Shown here: piece after piece, positions 22,525 through 33,617 of the stretch
Position numbering within the stretch: the first letter of the stretch is position 1
Layout: every line of letters starts with the position of its first letter
Assembly: GCA_000165345.1 (NCBI GenBank)
Contig: CM000431.1
Span: 256,001-320,000 of the forward strand
DNA length: 64,000 nucleotides
Reading direction: 5' to 3'
Notes under the pieces: generated by a model
The model's database searches: none
What the model was told of the DNA's origin: nothing
The model's input: the letters and a program-made list of their open reading frames with translations, nothing else
Translations under genes and position numbers: made by a program

Positions 22525-22954
22525 TCTCTTAGATAATTCTACTTTTAAGTATAATGCCTAATTTAAGGCCTAGGAATCTAAAATTGAGTGTATTGAGAGC
22601 TATTTTCTCTCAATATGTACTACCAAAAGTAGTGAAATCTCTAATAAAGAATAGATTAAAATGTTTCCAATAAGTTACTTTTATTCACATGCTTTTATTT
22701 ACTCTTAAGTTTTCATCAAATATTCATATTAAACATATTTTTTTGGTCACCAGTTTCCCGCCTTAAAGTAGTTGTAGAAATAGGGGGAAAAATTACTGGT
22801 ATAATTATTCGAGCCAAAGAATAATGAACTATTAGAATTGACAATATTTTATTTATTTAAAATCTAATCTTACAATTTTATTAAATAACGCATTTTGCGG
22901 GTAATTGAATTTCTTTTAATGATATAACTACAAAATGTGAGCCTCCATATGTAA

Positions 22955-23026
22955 TCCCACGTAGTCTAGGGGCTAGGATACTCGGCTTTCACCCGGGCGA
23001 CCCGGGTTCGATTCCCGGCGTGGGAG
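22955..23026 (+). tRNA. tRNA-Glu (anticodon UUC), 72 nt
   Basis: TCCCACG/CGTGGGA forms the acceptor stem. TAGTCTAGGGGCTAGGATA is the D arm. CTCGG-CTTTCAC-CCGGG forms the anticodon stem-loop with TTC at positions 34-36. GGGTTCGATTCCCGG is the T arm. The ORF track entry 22973..23212 (-) is the reverse complement of this RNA gene. Confidence 0.8.
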
Positions 23027-23165
23027 TGTTTTATCCGTGAAGGAGGATTGCACCGCTGCCTGACTCCGATCGCACTGTTTAGCCCGCAGTGCGAGCTGTA
23101 GGAGTTCGGGCCTCGGTTTGGTCTGGGGAGAGGAGGTTCCACCGCGGATAGTTTTTTTAATGTAT
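23027..23165 (+). ncRNA. GC-rich (about 60% G+C) structured element of about 135 nt directly 3' of tRNA-Glu, ending in a T7 run: candidate Pol III-transcribed small RNA or processed tRNA trailer
   Basis: A perfect 8-bp hairpin TCGCACTG-tttagccc-CAGTGCGA is present. The GC-rich blocks (ccaccgcgg, gggcctcgg, ggggagaggagg) stand out sharply against a background of about 25% G+C. The element terminates at TTTTTTT (23152-23158). No conserved snRNA or snoRNA boxes were recognised by eye. Confidence 0.3.
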
Positions 23166-23293
23166 TTTTTGTGTCTTGAACTTTTATAGTTTAGATGAGT
23201 GTTTTCTAGCAATTTTTTATTTATATGAGAGAATAGTTGTTTTTTTGTTAAAACATAATAAGTGTTAATTAGTATGCTGATAGGAAAGATAGA

Positions 23294-24141
23294 ATGAAAA
23301 AAAGAAACGTCTTAATTGGAGTAACGGGGAGCGTTGCAGCAATAAAAATTCATGAATTTATAAAGAAATTAAAAGAAAAAGTTATAAGTAACAATATTGA
23401 AATAGAGATCAAAGTTGTTGCAACTGACTCAGCAAAAAACTTCCTCAATGGTTTAGCTTTAGATTTATTAGTAGATTGTCAAGATGAATTTGGTAATTGG
23501 AAGAGTATGGGGGACGATATTCCTCATATAAGCCTCAGGCAATGGGCTGATTTATATATTATTCTTCCTTTGTCGGCAAATACGTTGGCAAAACTATCTA
23601 ATGGGCTTTGTGACAATGTTTTGGTAAGTTAGCAAAAGTTGTGATTTATGGAGAGGTTGATAAGGTATGAAAATACAAGTTAATGAATACAACGAGTTAT
23701 ATTGTTTTGATATGGAAAATTCTATAAATTTACGAATATGAATAACTTTAACATTTCATAACAATATAAAGTTGTAATGGCAACACCTAAATATGCTAGA
23801 ATATTGCTATTTCGAAGCTTTTTAAACAAACATGTTTAAAGAGTGCATATAGTTCTTCTCCAATTAAAAATCTTGTTCATAACTAATTAACTGACTTAAT
23901 TCAGACTAATATTGCAAGAGCTTGGGATTTCAAGAAACCCATTATAGTTTGTCCCGCAATGAACAGTTTCATGTGGGAGCACCCAATTACTTTAACTCAA
24001 ATTAACATTCTTATCTCTTTTGGTTACAAAGTGGTATTCCCAATTGAAAAAAAGTTGGCATGTGGCGAATATGGGATGGGTGGAATGCAAGAAATTGAAA
24101 AAATTGTTGAACAAATTCTTCTTGAACTAAACTCATCCTAA
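23294..24141 (+). CDS. PPCDC: Phosphopantothenoylcysteine decarboxylase (PPCDC/Hal3-type flavoprotein), 188 aa in two exons: join(23294..23623,23905..24141)
   Basis: Exon 1 reads ...VLIGVTGSVAAIK...HISLRQWADLYIILPLSANTLAKLSNGLCDNVL, followed by the donor GTAAGT at 23624. The acceptor TTCAG is at 23904. Exon 2 reads TNIARAWDFKKPIIVCPAMNSFMWEHPITLTQ...KKLACGEYGMGGMQEIEKIV. The junction reproduces the conserved GICDNLLT..ARAWD block of PPCDC without a gap. Track ORFs 23294..23632 and 23959..24141 are the two exons. Confidence 0.88.
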
Positions 24142-24482
24142 ACAATTTTAGCTTATGGATAATATAAATTTATTTTCAGTCATTTCATGTTAACTACATG
24201 TCATCATTGCATGCAAATCTGCATGCACTACTACGTGTATTATTTAATGGAAAAACAAGAAAAAAAAATTATAGGCTTAAATAATATTTAGAGACTCCAT
24301 TTTAAGTAACTCAAGAGTGTAAAGGTAGATAACATATCTAGATTTGGAAGATAATTTAGAAATAGATGCAACAAATCTAGTTTTAATACAGTTATTCTAT
24401 CTATTTCTTTGTAAAATCAGACGGATAATTAAGAAATAGTACAGAACTGAATAACAGTTCCATCATAGTCTTTAATGACAAT

Positions 24483-24893
24483 TCATCCCATACATCCCAA
24501 AGGACGTGATGGTTGAGTTTCACTCCAATATTTCCCAAAATTTTCTTCTCCTTTTTCAAATTGTAAACCTCTATTTCTACCAGAATTTCTTTGGAATACA
24601 TTCCTTCTTTGATCAATACTAATGTCTAATTGCTGGAAGAAACTTGGAACTCCCAAATTTGACATATAGTGTACTACATATGGTGGAGAAGATACAAATG
24701 GATAACTACAAGTTACTTCTGGATACTTATATCTTGGGGAATATGGATAGTAATCAAATGGGACAGCAGAAACCGGTGGTAATATAACAGAGTCAGGATG
24801 AAATACTTGTTCTTCTTGCATTTCTTCCTCTACTGGATTCATGCATTGTGCCAAAACTGATAAATCTTTTCTTGGCGAATTTATGTTAACCAT
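24483..24893 (-). CDS. Hypothetical Pro/Tyr-rich protein, 136 aa
   Basis: ATG ORF (ATG at 24893..24891). No recognisable domain. Moderate confidence that it is a real gene. Confidence 0.4.
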   Translation of the reverse strand: MVNINSPRKDLSVLAQCMNPVEEEMQEEQVFHPDSVILPPVSAVPFDYYPYSPRYKYPEVTCSYPFVSSPPYVVHYMSNLGVPSFFQQLDISIDQRRNVFQRNSGRNRGLQFEKGEENFGKYWSETQPSRPLGCMG

Positions 24894-25274
24894 TATTAAC
24901 TTTTTTTTTTAACTTAAATGAAATTCTAAACTTTGCTCACAATTACTGAAAATTTATTCTTTTTATTTAATTTTTATCTTTTTACTACTTTTGTCTTCGT
25001 GACTAATTTAATGATTTACTATTTCCTGATTTACATGAGGCGCCTTGTCTCCAACATGCGCATTTCGGTACTCAAAGTAGATTAGTTGATAAACATTGGT
25101 AATTCAAAAAAAAAAAAAAAAAGATTTTATATTTGGAAATAATAGGGTTATAGCCAAATTTGTAATAGCTTGTATATTGAGTATGCTTATATTTATATTT
25201 GAGTGTTCCAGCTTCAACTTTTAAATAATTTAATAATTTTTAATAATTTTATGAAATATCAAATAAATCAAACA

Positions 25275-25300
25275 TACGGCGCCAAATTTCGGCGCCATTG
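25275..25300. promoter_or_regulatory. Tandem GGCGCC pair (25279-25284, 25291-25296) in the divergent spacer between gene starts 24893 (-) and 25655 (+). A further GGCGCC lies at 25039-25044.
   Basis: Seen directly: acggcgccaaatttcggcgccattg. Confidence 0.4.
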
Positions 25301-25654
25301 ATATTAATTGATTAAAACCGTAAACATAGAAAAGAAAATTATCGCAATTAAAATTACAAGAAAAGTAGGGAGAATATCGCAAAATTTAGTATATTAGGAG
25401 TGGATCTTAATATATTTTTGATTCTGTTTTAAGATTAGATCCTCACTTGTAGTAATGATTCTTTTTGCAAAACATTTTGAATGCAAATAGAATTTCATGC
25501 TTAAATTAATATAATACACAAGCCTCGTGAATAATTTTTAATGGTTCTTCTCTCATAACAGATACCTCTTTACTTCGTTCAGATTTATTAGATTGATTTA
25601 CAAAATAAGAAAAAAATATTAAACTTAAAAATTTATAATAGTATTGTATTACAA

Positions 25655-26482
25655 ATGGGTAAATTAAGTAGAGATCGCAGGGATATTTACTATAGAAGGG
25701 CAAAACAAGAGGGATTTCGTGCAAGATCAGCATATAAACTAATCCAGATAGATGAAAAATATAATATATTTGATAAAGTGACAAGGGCAGTGGATTTATG
25801 TGCAGCTCCTGGAAGTTGGAGTCAGGTTTTGAGCACAAAGTTGCTCAATAATTCAGAGTATAATGAAGGTCAGCCCAAAGAAACTGATCAAATAGATTCA
25901 AATAATGGGGAGGCTCCGTTAATTGTAGCTGTTGATCTACAAGAAATGGCTCCAATTTATGGTGTTAATATTATTAAGGGAGATATCACTTCACAATTGA
26001 CTGTCAGCAGAATTTTGGAATATTTTCAAGGAAAAAAGGCAGATTTAGTATTATGCGATGGATCACCAGATGTGACTGGATTACATGATATTGATGAATA
26101 TATACAAAATCAGCTTTTAGTTTCTTCGCTTAGTATTACAAGCAAGATCATGCGGAAAGGTGGGACATTTGTTGCAAAAATATTTCGAGGGGAAAATATA
26201 TCAAGGATTTACCAACAAATGTTTTGTTACTTTGAACTAGTTGATTGTTGTAAGCCTGAAAGTTCTAGAAATTCAAGCCTTGAGGCTTTTATTGTATGTA
26301 GATATTTCAAATTTGATGACCAAGATTCAACTAATGTTAATTTTGAGATTCCAGATCCATTGACTGTTCCCTTTATTTCTTGTGGAGATCTTTCTGAATA
26401 TGATCCTGATAAAACATATGAGACAGAATATACCAGTTCACTTGAACCTATACAACCTCCAATAAATGCACCTTATCATTAG
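25655..26482 (+). CDS. TRM7: FtsJ-family tRNA 2'-O-ribose methyltransferase (TRM7/FTSJ1-like), 275 aa
   Basis: The N-terminus MGKLSRDRRDIYYRRAKQEGFRARSAYKLIQIDEKYNIFDKVTRAVDLCAAPGSWSQVL and the later DLVLCDGSPDVTGLHDIDEY and FVAKIFRG segments are canonical FtsJ/RrmJ motifs. The length matches Trm7 rather than Spb1. Confidence 0.85.
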   Translation: MGKLSRDRRDIYYRRAKQEGFRARSAYKLIQIDEKYNIFDKVTRAVDLCAAPGSWSQVLSTKLLNNSEYNEGQPKETDQIDSNNGEAPLIVAVDLQEMAPIYGVNIIKGDITSQLTVSRILEYFQGKKADLVLCDGSPDVTGLHDIDEYIQNQLLVSSLSITSKIMRKGGTFVAKIFRGENISRIYQQMFCYFELVDCCKPESSRNSSLEAFIVCRYFKFDDQDSTNVNFEIPDPLTVPFISCGDLSEYDPDKTYETEYTSSLEPIQPPINAPYH

Positions 26483-26500
26483 AAATTGTACATTTTTATT

Positions 26501-27145
26501 TCATTTAATCCAATTACACTCAAATGGGACCTTAACTTCCAATTGTTCTTCATCTTCAATTCCTATTTCTTTAATTTCCATCTCCATATTTACACAATCC
26601 CCATCAAAGTAAACCTTTATGTCTTCCAAATATTTTTCTGGTTTAGGATTCAAGTTTTTTGAAATATATGTTACTAATTTTTTAACAAGATCATTTCTAT
26701 ACAAAGCTACAACTAAAGTTTTAATTACTATTATATCTGATTCTTTTCTTTTATATACTTTAACATTTAATTTGATTACACTTTTTTCTCTTTCTTCATC
26801 CTCAATTGTGATAACTTGTGAAACTTGCTCATTTTTTGTTCCAACCTTTTTTTGGGTCTTTTCTATAGTTAAAACTGTGTCTTCTTTTCTGGATATTTTC
26901 TTTCTAACAGCTGGTCTAAACTCTTCATAGTCAGAATCTTCTTCTATATGATTGTTGTCATTACTACTAATTTTTTCTCTGGTTTCATTTTGTTGTGATT
27001 CCTTGTTAATACACACTTTTTTTGCTAATCTATTCCTTTTCTGAACTTTTCCTAACCTCCTGTTTACACTCTCTTGACTAAAAGCGATATCTTCTCCAAA
27101 CAAATCGTCATCTTCATTATTTTCTTCTATATTTCTCTCTTCCAT
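26501..27145 (-). CDS. Hypothetical acidic/basic protein, 214 aa, with a C-terminal ubiquitin/SUMO-like fold (possibly a Rad60/Esc2-type SUMO-like domain)
   Basis: The C-terminal VIKLNVKVYKRKESDIIVIKTLVVALYRNDLVKKLVTYISKN...IKVYFDGDCVNMEMEIKEIGIEDEEQLEV resembles SUMO-like domains (FDGD.L....T.....EDED.IEV). The assignment is tentative. Confidence 0.45.
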   Translation of the reverse strand: MEERNIEENNEDDDLFGEDIAFSQESVNRRLGKVQKRNRLAKKVCINKESQQNETREKISSNDNNHIEEDSDYEEFRPAVRKKISRKEDTVLTIEKTQKKVGTKNEQVSQVITIEDEEREKSVIKLNVKVYKRKESDIIVIKTLVVALYRNDLVKKLVTYISKNLNPKPEKYLEDIKVYFDGDCVNMEMEIKEIGIEDEEQLEVKVPFECNWIK

Positions 27146-27643
27146 GATGATTTTAACATTTATTTACATAAATGCCAATATTTAATCGCAATTAATCTAT
27201 TTTTTTACAAAGATAAATTCCAATTTTGATTAAAATAAACCACACACAGTATTACTATATTATTTGCTTCCCACAATTTTATCCACAATATATAAAAAAT
27301 TCACAAATAAACTCAGATCTACAAGTTCTGACATGTATGAAAAAAAATACAAGAGTTTTTAAGAGGAAGACTGTACGAGAATTAACACTTTCTCTTTATA
27401 TACTCCAGTAACTCAACTATTTAACAACCCTGTATTGTTTTTCTCCCCTTTAATAATTTCAAACAGGCACAATTATGACACGTGGCAGAAATTCCCGCCA
27501 ATCGATTTCATAATTATCAACTAATTGCTAATAAAAATGAAAATTTGCATGCGTAAGATGGCGCTAAAATATAATAATATTAAAATAGTAATGTACAAAA
27601 AATAAATCAAAAAAGAAAAAAAAAAAAAATCTACATTTTCAGT

Positions 27644-28686
27644 CTAGCATGTCTTATACTTTGAGAATTCGATAAGGTCTGTGTCTGGTAGTGTTGAATT
27701 ATAAGGATATAGCGCAACTTTTAAAGTTTCAAGATCACTGGAAATTAAGTGATCAACGGAAGGTAATTTACAACTATGTTTATGAATGATTTCTGAAGGA
27801 GGCATCAAGCAAAACTCTTTGATATCTTTCCATTGACAAATCTTTCTCATCCTGGGACTTTTGTGTTTGAAAAACTCCTCCCAATCTTTTTCAATACTGA
27901 ATTCTTTTTTAACCATATCAGAAATGACATTTCCACTATAACCTGTTACCATTCTTAGTAATGCTTCTTCTACTTTAGAATCTGGAATATGGTCAATATT
28001 TAGCTTTTCATTACTAATTTTAATAGTTTCACCATCGATTTTAATCGTTTTTGAATCTATAGCGGAAATATCATAATCCGGAACTATTGTTAAATGTTCT
28101 ATACACGTATTTAATAGATTTAGGTCATAAAAGTAAACTGGTGACAAAGATTTATAAAGCCAGTTAATCTTATTCAAGTCATCCAATATATTCACATGAT
28201 TCATTCTTGACCTTATTATCACTTTTCTCCAATTTATTCTTACATCTACTAATGTTTGGTTTCCTCTTGTATACTTATTTACATCCCAATCTCCATATCC
28301 TATAATTTGTCTTGAATAATTCTCAAGTTCACATCCACTTGTGGAATTATACTCATATCTCATAAATTCTACCTTTTTTTTTGGAGAAACCTTGTATGTC
28401 CTACTTTCTCTAATATGAACTCTATTATAACCTAGCCATTGACATCCAGAAACTGGGGTCCTAAGCTCAGAACCTGTCATTAACTCGGAATTTATTTTTT
28501 CCTTCGTTTCCCATTTCCCACATATACCTGCACTTGCAATATATTCATCAGATTTTACTTGTATTGTTAAAATACCTATTCAGGTAAATTTAATTACTTT
28601 AATAAAAATATTAAAATTTATATTAATTTAAACTTACCAATAAGTAATAAAGACTGCTTTACAATGAATAAATATTTTCTTAACAT
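27644..28686 (-). CDS. Secreted protein of unknown function, about 326 aa, in two exons: join(27644..28575,28638..28686). The signal peptide is on a 49-nt first exon.
   Basis: ATG at 28686..28684. Exon 1 reads MLRKYLFIVKQSLLLI+G, followed by the donor GTAAGT at 28637. The intron is 62 nt. The acceptor AATAG is at 28576. Exon 2 continues ILTIQVKSDEYIASAGICGKWETKEKINSELMTGSELRTPVSGCQW... in frame with track ORF 27644..28480. Confidence 0.55.
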
Positions 28687-29973
28687 TTTTTTTTTTTTCT
28701 AACCTTTAATTCAATCCACTAACATTCTAGGATTTATTTTGTTCTGGAATAATTAACTTGTCAGCTATAATAACTTTAATTTACTATTTCTCTGAGTATA
28801 CAAAATTTATATCTTATTAATTTCAAAAATTGCCTATTAAATTCCTATATCTTCTATTACTCAACTTAAAACTAAACTTTTATTATTCCTAATTTATTTT
28901 GTGGGCAAATTAATACACACATTTCATTTTTTTCCTAATGCACACACAAAATCGCACACAATTGGGTCAAATCGGACTAGATATATTAAATTTTTAATTT
29001 AAATCACTCTAACCAAAAAAAAGAGAAGCTAATGACTGTATAAGAAGATAATGTTAACAAATCTACTATGTTATTTTAGAAATACATATATATTTTCTTA
29101 TCTCGCCCTCTTCTCATTTATTCTTTCTGTTAGCTTTTATTTCTATCAATTCCCTTTTCCAAATTTATATTCATTGTTTTATTATTTACTTAACACGTAT
29201 GGCGGCAAAGACACCATACATGTGCCAAATCTAAATTGCATGCATTAGTACCGGCATCAAACAATTCTAATTACATGTAAAAGAATTTGAAAAATTAATT
29301 AAATTTTTAACAAAATTTTATACTTTTATAAACCAAAGTTATTTTAAATTTCTTGGTTGACTTAGTTATACTTTGAAGAAGAATATATACATAAATACAT
29401 TTATCTATTCTTTAAACAATTTTTTATTATTATTTTTTCTCAAAGTAGTTTTGACAACTAATACTGATTAGGTATAAGAAAATTTTATTGCAGGGACATG
29501 CATGCAACTCTTACTACTGCAATTAATTTTCTGAAATTTCAATTGAATACCAGTCGACGTTTTCCACTAAATTCTACACAAAATCACAGAATTTAAAAAG
29601 GAATGTTAATTCAGTTAAAATGAATATATTTAAGAATATCAGATTCTACTTTAAGATGATATTAAATTAAAAAATCACATTTAAAGAAGATTATCCAGTA
29701 TAGATATTTTATTTGATTCAATCTTGCAATATACATTGTATGTATCGTATACATATACTTTAAGTATTCAGTGTACATATATAGAATAGACATAATACGG
29801 AAATCAAAATAACAGTAACATTTAATTAAAATATGACAGATAACTGGAGTCGTAATAATAGTGTAAATTCGAGGGAGAAACAATTACAAAGTATTTTTCA
29901 GATTAACCTCACTGAATTAAAAAATTTTAGTTCAGGAATAATCCAAACAACTCACAATTAAGGCTTGTTATAA

Positions 29974-31590
29974 ATGGGAAATACTGCAGTAGGGAATACA
30001 GGAACAAGGCTTAGAGCACCAGTAGATGCCGTAGTAAACACTACTAATAAGAAAGCACCTGTAAGTGAAAAGCCATCTCAACCACAAATACCAAACAAAA
30101 CTTCTGATGTTAAAAAGGGAGGAACTATGGGAGGAGAGAGAGGAAGTGTAACAACTGGTATGTTTGTTCAGAGTGGTAGCGGGACCTTTGCAGAAAGGTA
30201 CAATATTGTATGTATGCTTGGCAAAGGTTCTTTTGGAGAAGTTTTGAAATGTAAAGACAGAATCACTCAACAAGAATATGCTGTCAAGGTTATTAACAAA
30301 GCTAGTGCAAAGAACAAGGATACTAGTACAATTTTGAGAGAAGTTGAGCTTTTAAAGAAGCTTGATCATCCAAATATTATGAAGCTATTCGAGATTTTGG
30401 AAGATTCATCTAGCTTCTACATTGTAGGAGAGCTTTACACAGGAGGAGAACTCTTTGATGAAATTATTAAGAGAAAAAGATTTAGTGAGCATGATGCTGC
30501 TAGAATTATTAAACAAGTATTTTCAGGAATTACTTACATGCATAAACATAACATTGTACATAGAGATTTAAAGCCAGAAAACATACTTTTAGAGTCTAAA
30601 GAAAAAGACTGTGATATTAAAATTATAGATTTTGGATTATCAACATGCTTCCAGCAAAATACCAAGATGAAGGATAGAATAGGAACAGCCTACTATATAG
30701 CTCCAGAAGTTTTGAGAGGTACTTATGATGAGAAATGTGATGTATGGTCAGCTGGAGTAATTCTATATATTCTCTTATCTGGAACACCTCCATTCTATGG
30801 AAAAAATGAATATGATATTTTGAAGAGAGTCGAGACAGGAAAGTATGCTTTTGACCTTCCACAATGGAGAACTATTTCTGATGATGCCAAGGATTTAATA
30901 AGAAAGATGTTAACTTTCCATCCTTCTTTGAGAATTACTGCAACACAATGTTTAGAACATCCATGGATTCAAAAATATTCAAGTGAGACTCCAACAATTA
31001 GTGACTTACCTTCATTAGAATCTGCTATGACAAATATTCGTCAATTCCAAGCAGAAAAGAAACTTGCTCAAGCAGCTCTACTATATATGGCAAGTAAATT
31101 GACAACATTGGACGAAACAAAGCAACTTACAGAGATCTTTAGGAAGTTAGATACTAATAATGATGGTATGTTAGATAGAGATGAGCTCGTTCGTGGTTAT
31201 CATGAATTTATGAGATTGAAAGGAGTAGATTCTAATTCTTTAATTCAGAATGAAGGATCAACAATAGAGGATCAAATTGATAGCTTAATGCCATTGTTAG
31301 ATATGGATGGATCGGGTTCTATAGAATATTCAGAATTTATTGCATCTGCAATAGATAGAACAATTTTGTTGAGTAGAGAAAGAATGGAAAGAGCTTTTAA
31401 AATGTTTGATAAAGATGGTTCTGGTAAGATTTCTACAAAGGAACTTTTTAAACTCTTTTCCCAGGCAGATAGCAGTATTCAGATGGAGGAGTTGGAATCA
31501 ATAATTGAACAAGTTGACAACAATAAGGATGGGGAAGTAGACTTTAATGAGTTTGTAGAAATGCTTCAGAATTTTGTCAGGAATGAATAA
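29974..31590 (+). CDS. CDPK1: Calcium-dependent protein kinase (CDPK1-type): N-terminal MGN myristoylation motif, Ser/Thr kinase domain, junction, four EF hands; 538 aa
   Basis: Kinase motifs [12 protein letters not shown]-like [18 protein letters not shown] and APE are present. After the kinase domain come the junction domain and four EF-hand loops ([52 protein letters not shown]). The sequence matches what I recall of Cryptosporidium CDPK1. Confidence 0.95.
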   Translation: MGNTAVGNTGTRLRAPVDAVVNTTNKKAPVSEKPSQPQIPNKTSDVKKGGTMGGERGSVTTGMFVQSGSGTFAERYNIVCMLGKGSFGEVLKCKDRITQQEYAVKVINKASAKNKDTSTILREVELLKKLDHPNIMKLFEILEDSSSFYIVGELYTGGELFDEIIKRKRFSEHDAARIIKQVFSGITYMHKHNIVHRDLKPENILLESKEKDCDIKIIDFGLSTCFQQNTKMKDRIGTAYYIAPEVLRGTYDEKCDVWSAGVILYILLSGTPPFYGKNEYDILKRVETGKYAFDLPQWRTISDDAKDLIRKMLTFHPSLRITATQCLEHPWIQKYSSETPTISDLPSLESAMTNIRQFQAEKKLAQAALLYMASKLTTLDETKQLTEIFRKLDTNNDGMLDRDELVRGYHEFMRLKGVDSNSLIQNEGSTIEDQIDSLMPLLDMDGSGSIEYSEFIASAIDRTILLSRERMERAFKMFDKDGSGKISTKELFKLFSQADSSIQMEELESIIEQVDNNKDGEVDFNEFVEMLQNFVRNE

Positions 31591-31984
31591 TAATAATAAT
31601 AGAATTGAAATATATAGAGTTCACTACTATTTGAGAGTAGGCCGAGTTCTAAATTATTGTTATTTTCAATAGGGAGGCAATAGTCTTGTTAAGCATACAA
31701 TAGAAAGTAATAGGGGAAAAATAGGAGGAAAGTACGAAATAATTATTGAAAGCTGTAACTGACATAATTTCTTTTTTTTTTTTTTTTGAATAATTCAGTC
31801 GTACCCCTATAATATTGGTTCGAGTAAAATCCAAGGGGTTAATATATGATTTAGAAGTTCCACTATTGTACTAGAATGCAAATTAACAATCAAATAATAA
31901 CATATATCAATACAAAATAGTGTTCTTGGATTTTTTTTTGGGAGAGAACTCCCCCTTTTTTACTGATTACAGGGATATTCTTTA

Positions 31985-32740
31985 TTATTGCATAGGTTCT
32001 GTGCTTTGGCTATCATTTGGTTTTTGTTCTTGCTCTGATTCTTTCACAACTTGGTCGTTATCTTCCTTATATCCTCTTTTCTTTTCACTATAGAAATAAA
32101 ACTATTCATATTAAGACTAAATAATACGTAGACTTACGCTAATTTCTTAATGTTATCAGCTCCTTCTTGAGAACACATTCCTGGAATTTGCACCATTTCT
32201 GGCATTTGGTATCTGAAATTGAGAATTAAGAAAATAAAGTAAAAAAGTTAATTATTAGTTTAATTCAGTGCTTAAAGGTGATAGGTAACTAATTACTTAC
32301 ATGTCATTTACTTCCTGTATTGGTTTCTCAATGGTTGTTCCTTGCCCTTCGAAAGTCTGAGAAAAAAAATGTTAACTAAATTCATAAAATAAAACAAATA
32401 AACTTACATCCTCAGCCTTGTTTTTTGTCTTGGCTCTAAAATAAAAATATGTTTTATTGAAGATTATGTTTAGCTTTAATCTATAAATGCAATAATACTT
32501 ACCTCGCTGCTGCCTCATGCACTAATGGTAAGGGTACTCCTCTGAAAGATAATTAATAGAGGGAAATAAGAAGCAAAATAGTTAAGTTCTAGCTCAATCT
32601 AATGGTCTTTTGCTAAAAAGATCCTTTCCTCATATTAATATTTCTATAATCCTTTTTATTGTGGAAGAATTTTGCCTTGACGATTTGAAAAGAATCTTAA
32701 TTTAGAATTGAGACCAAAGATGAACTTACTTTAAATACAT
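31985..32740 (-). CDS. Small intron-rich gene, absent from the ORF track. Exons on the minus strand are 32740..32730, 32541..32503, 32435..32408, 32356..32301 and 32212..32134 (stop TAA at 32136..32134). Alternatively the last exon ends at 32138 and a sixth exon 32087..31985 follows. The protein is 71 or 103 aa.
   Basis: Four consecutive GTAAGT donors on the minus strand (at 32729, 32502, 32407, 32300) are each followed 51-190 nt later by TTTCAG, TTTTAG, TCTCAG or ATTTCAG acceptors, with exon phases that all match. The product reads MYLK-GVPLPLVHEAAAR-AKTKNKAED-TFEGQGTTIEKPIQEVNDI-YQMPEMVQIPGMCSQEGADNIKKLA(*). The stop codon overlaps a fifth GTAAGT (GCG|TAAGTC), and a TTTCTATAG acceptor 50 nt downstream gives an in-frame Lys/Glu-rich extension ending PMQ*. 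No family was recognised. Confidence 0.4.
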
Positions 32741-33072
32741 TCTTAAAGAATTTAATTGTGAAATTCACTGTTGATAAATAAAACGTTGTATTTCTTTAAA
32801 TTGGAATAATTTCTTTGTGATGAATCGCGTTACATGTTAATTTTTTATATCTATAAAAGAGATTTTCCCGCCAAAAGTCCGGCGCTGATTATTGTTGAAG
32901 TTAAAAAGTGGAATAAGTTGATGAATAGAGGAAAGAGCTTGTATGGTAATATTGTGAGGTTTGAAAGGGAACCTTTTGGAACTTTTGTGACTTGAAATAG
33001 GGTCCTTTTTTGAATGAGGAGAATTAGGTGATGGTAGTTTTTTTTTTTGAATAATTTGTACAAAGATTGGAA

Positions 33073-33567
33073 ATGGCAAGTAATTGGGAAGATAGTTTGA
33101 ATCCATATTCATTGCTTGGGGTAAAGAGGGATGCATCTGAGCGTGATATTAGGCTTGCATTCTTGAGGTTAGTTAGAAAATTTCATCCTGATAAGAATAT
33201 TTCTGAGCTGAACCAAGAAAAAGATACGCAAATAGCGAATAATGGAGAACAAGGAGATCACAACAGTCGTATAACTGTGAAATATCATGCATTATATGAT
33301 GCTTATTGCATTTTAAAAGACCCAGAAAAAAGGAAGGAATATGATTTGTCTGCTTTTAATGAATCTCTGAGTAATTATAATAGTATGATTTGGCATAAAT
33401 CTGTGAATCTTGAGGAACTTGAATATATGGATGAAGATGGGAAGGAGGTTTTTGCTTATTTTTGTAGATGCGGAGGGTTGATCTTTTTAGAGAAGAAGCA
33501 TATTGAAGAGGGTTACAATTTGTTTTCTTGCGATGGTTGTTCCTCGAAGATAATGATAACTTTTTAA
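33073..33567 (+). CDS. DPH4: DnaJ (J-domain) plus CSL-type zinc finger protein, diphthamide biosynthesis protein 4 (DPH4/DNAJC24-like), 164 aa
   Basis: J domain YSLLGVKRDASERDIRLAFLRLVRKFHPDKN. C-terminal DPH-type metal-binding domain FAYFCRCGGLIFLEKKHIEEGYNLFSCDGCSSKI. The track starts the ORF at a TTG (33067). The first ATG is 33073. Confidence 0.75.
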   Translation: MASNWEDSLNPYSLLGVKRDASERDIRLAFLRLVRKFHPDKNISELNQEKDTQIANNGEQGDHNSRITVKYHALYDAYCILKDPEKRKEYDLSAFNESLSNYNSMIWHKSVNLEELEYMDEDGKEVFAYFCRCGGLIFLEKKHIEEGYNLFSCDGCSSKIMITF

Positions 33568-33617
33568 TATTAGATTTCTTAGTATTTAGAATTTTAATTT
33601 CCTTGGATTATTGATAA

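Noticed and set aside
22973-23212. 79-aa minus-strand ORF (ESNPGRPGESRVS...)
   Set aside because: It is the reverse complement of tRNA-Glu plus the GC-rich downstream RNA-like element. Its Gly/Pro/Arg richness simply reflects the GC content of these RNAs.
31649-31834. 61-aa minus-strand ORF downstream of CDPK1
   Set aside because: It contains a K6 run derived from a T16 homopolymer. It is likely 3' UTR sequence of CDPK1 or of the neighbouring mini-gene.
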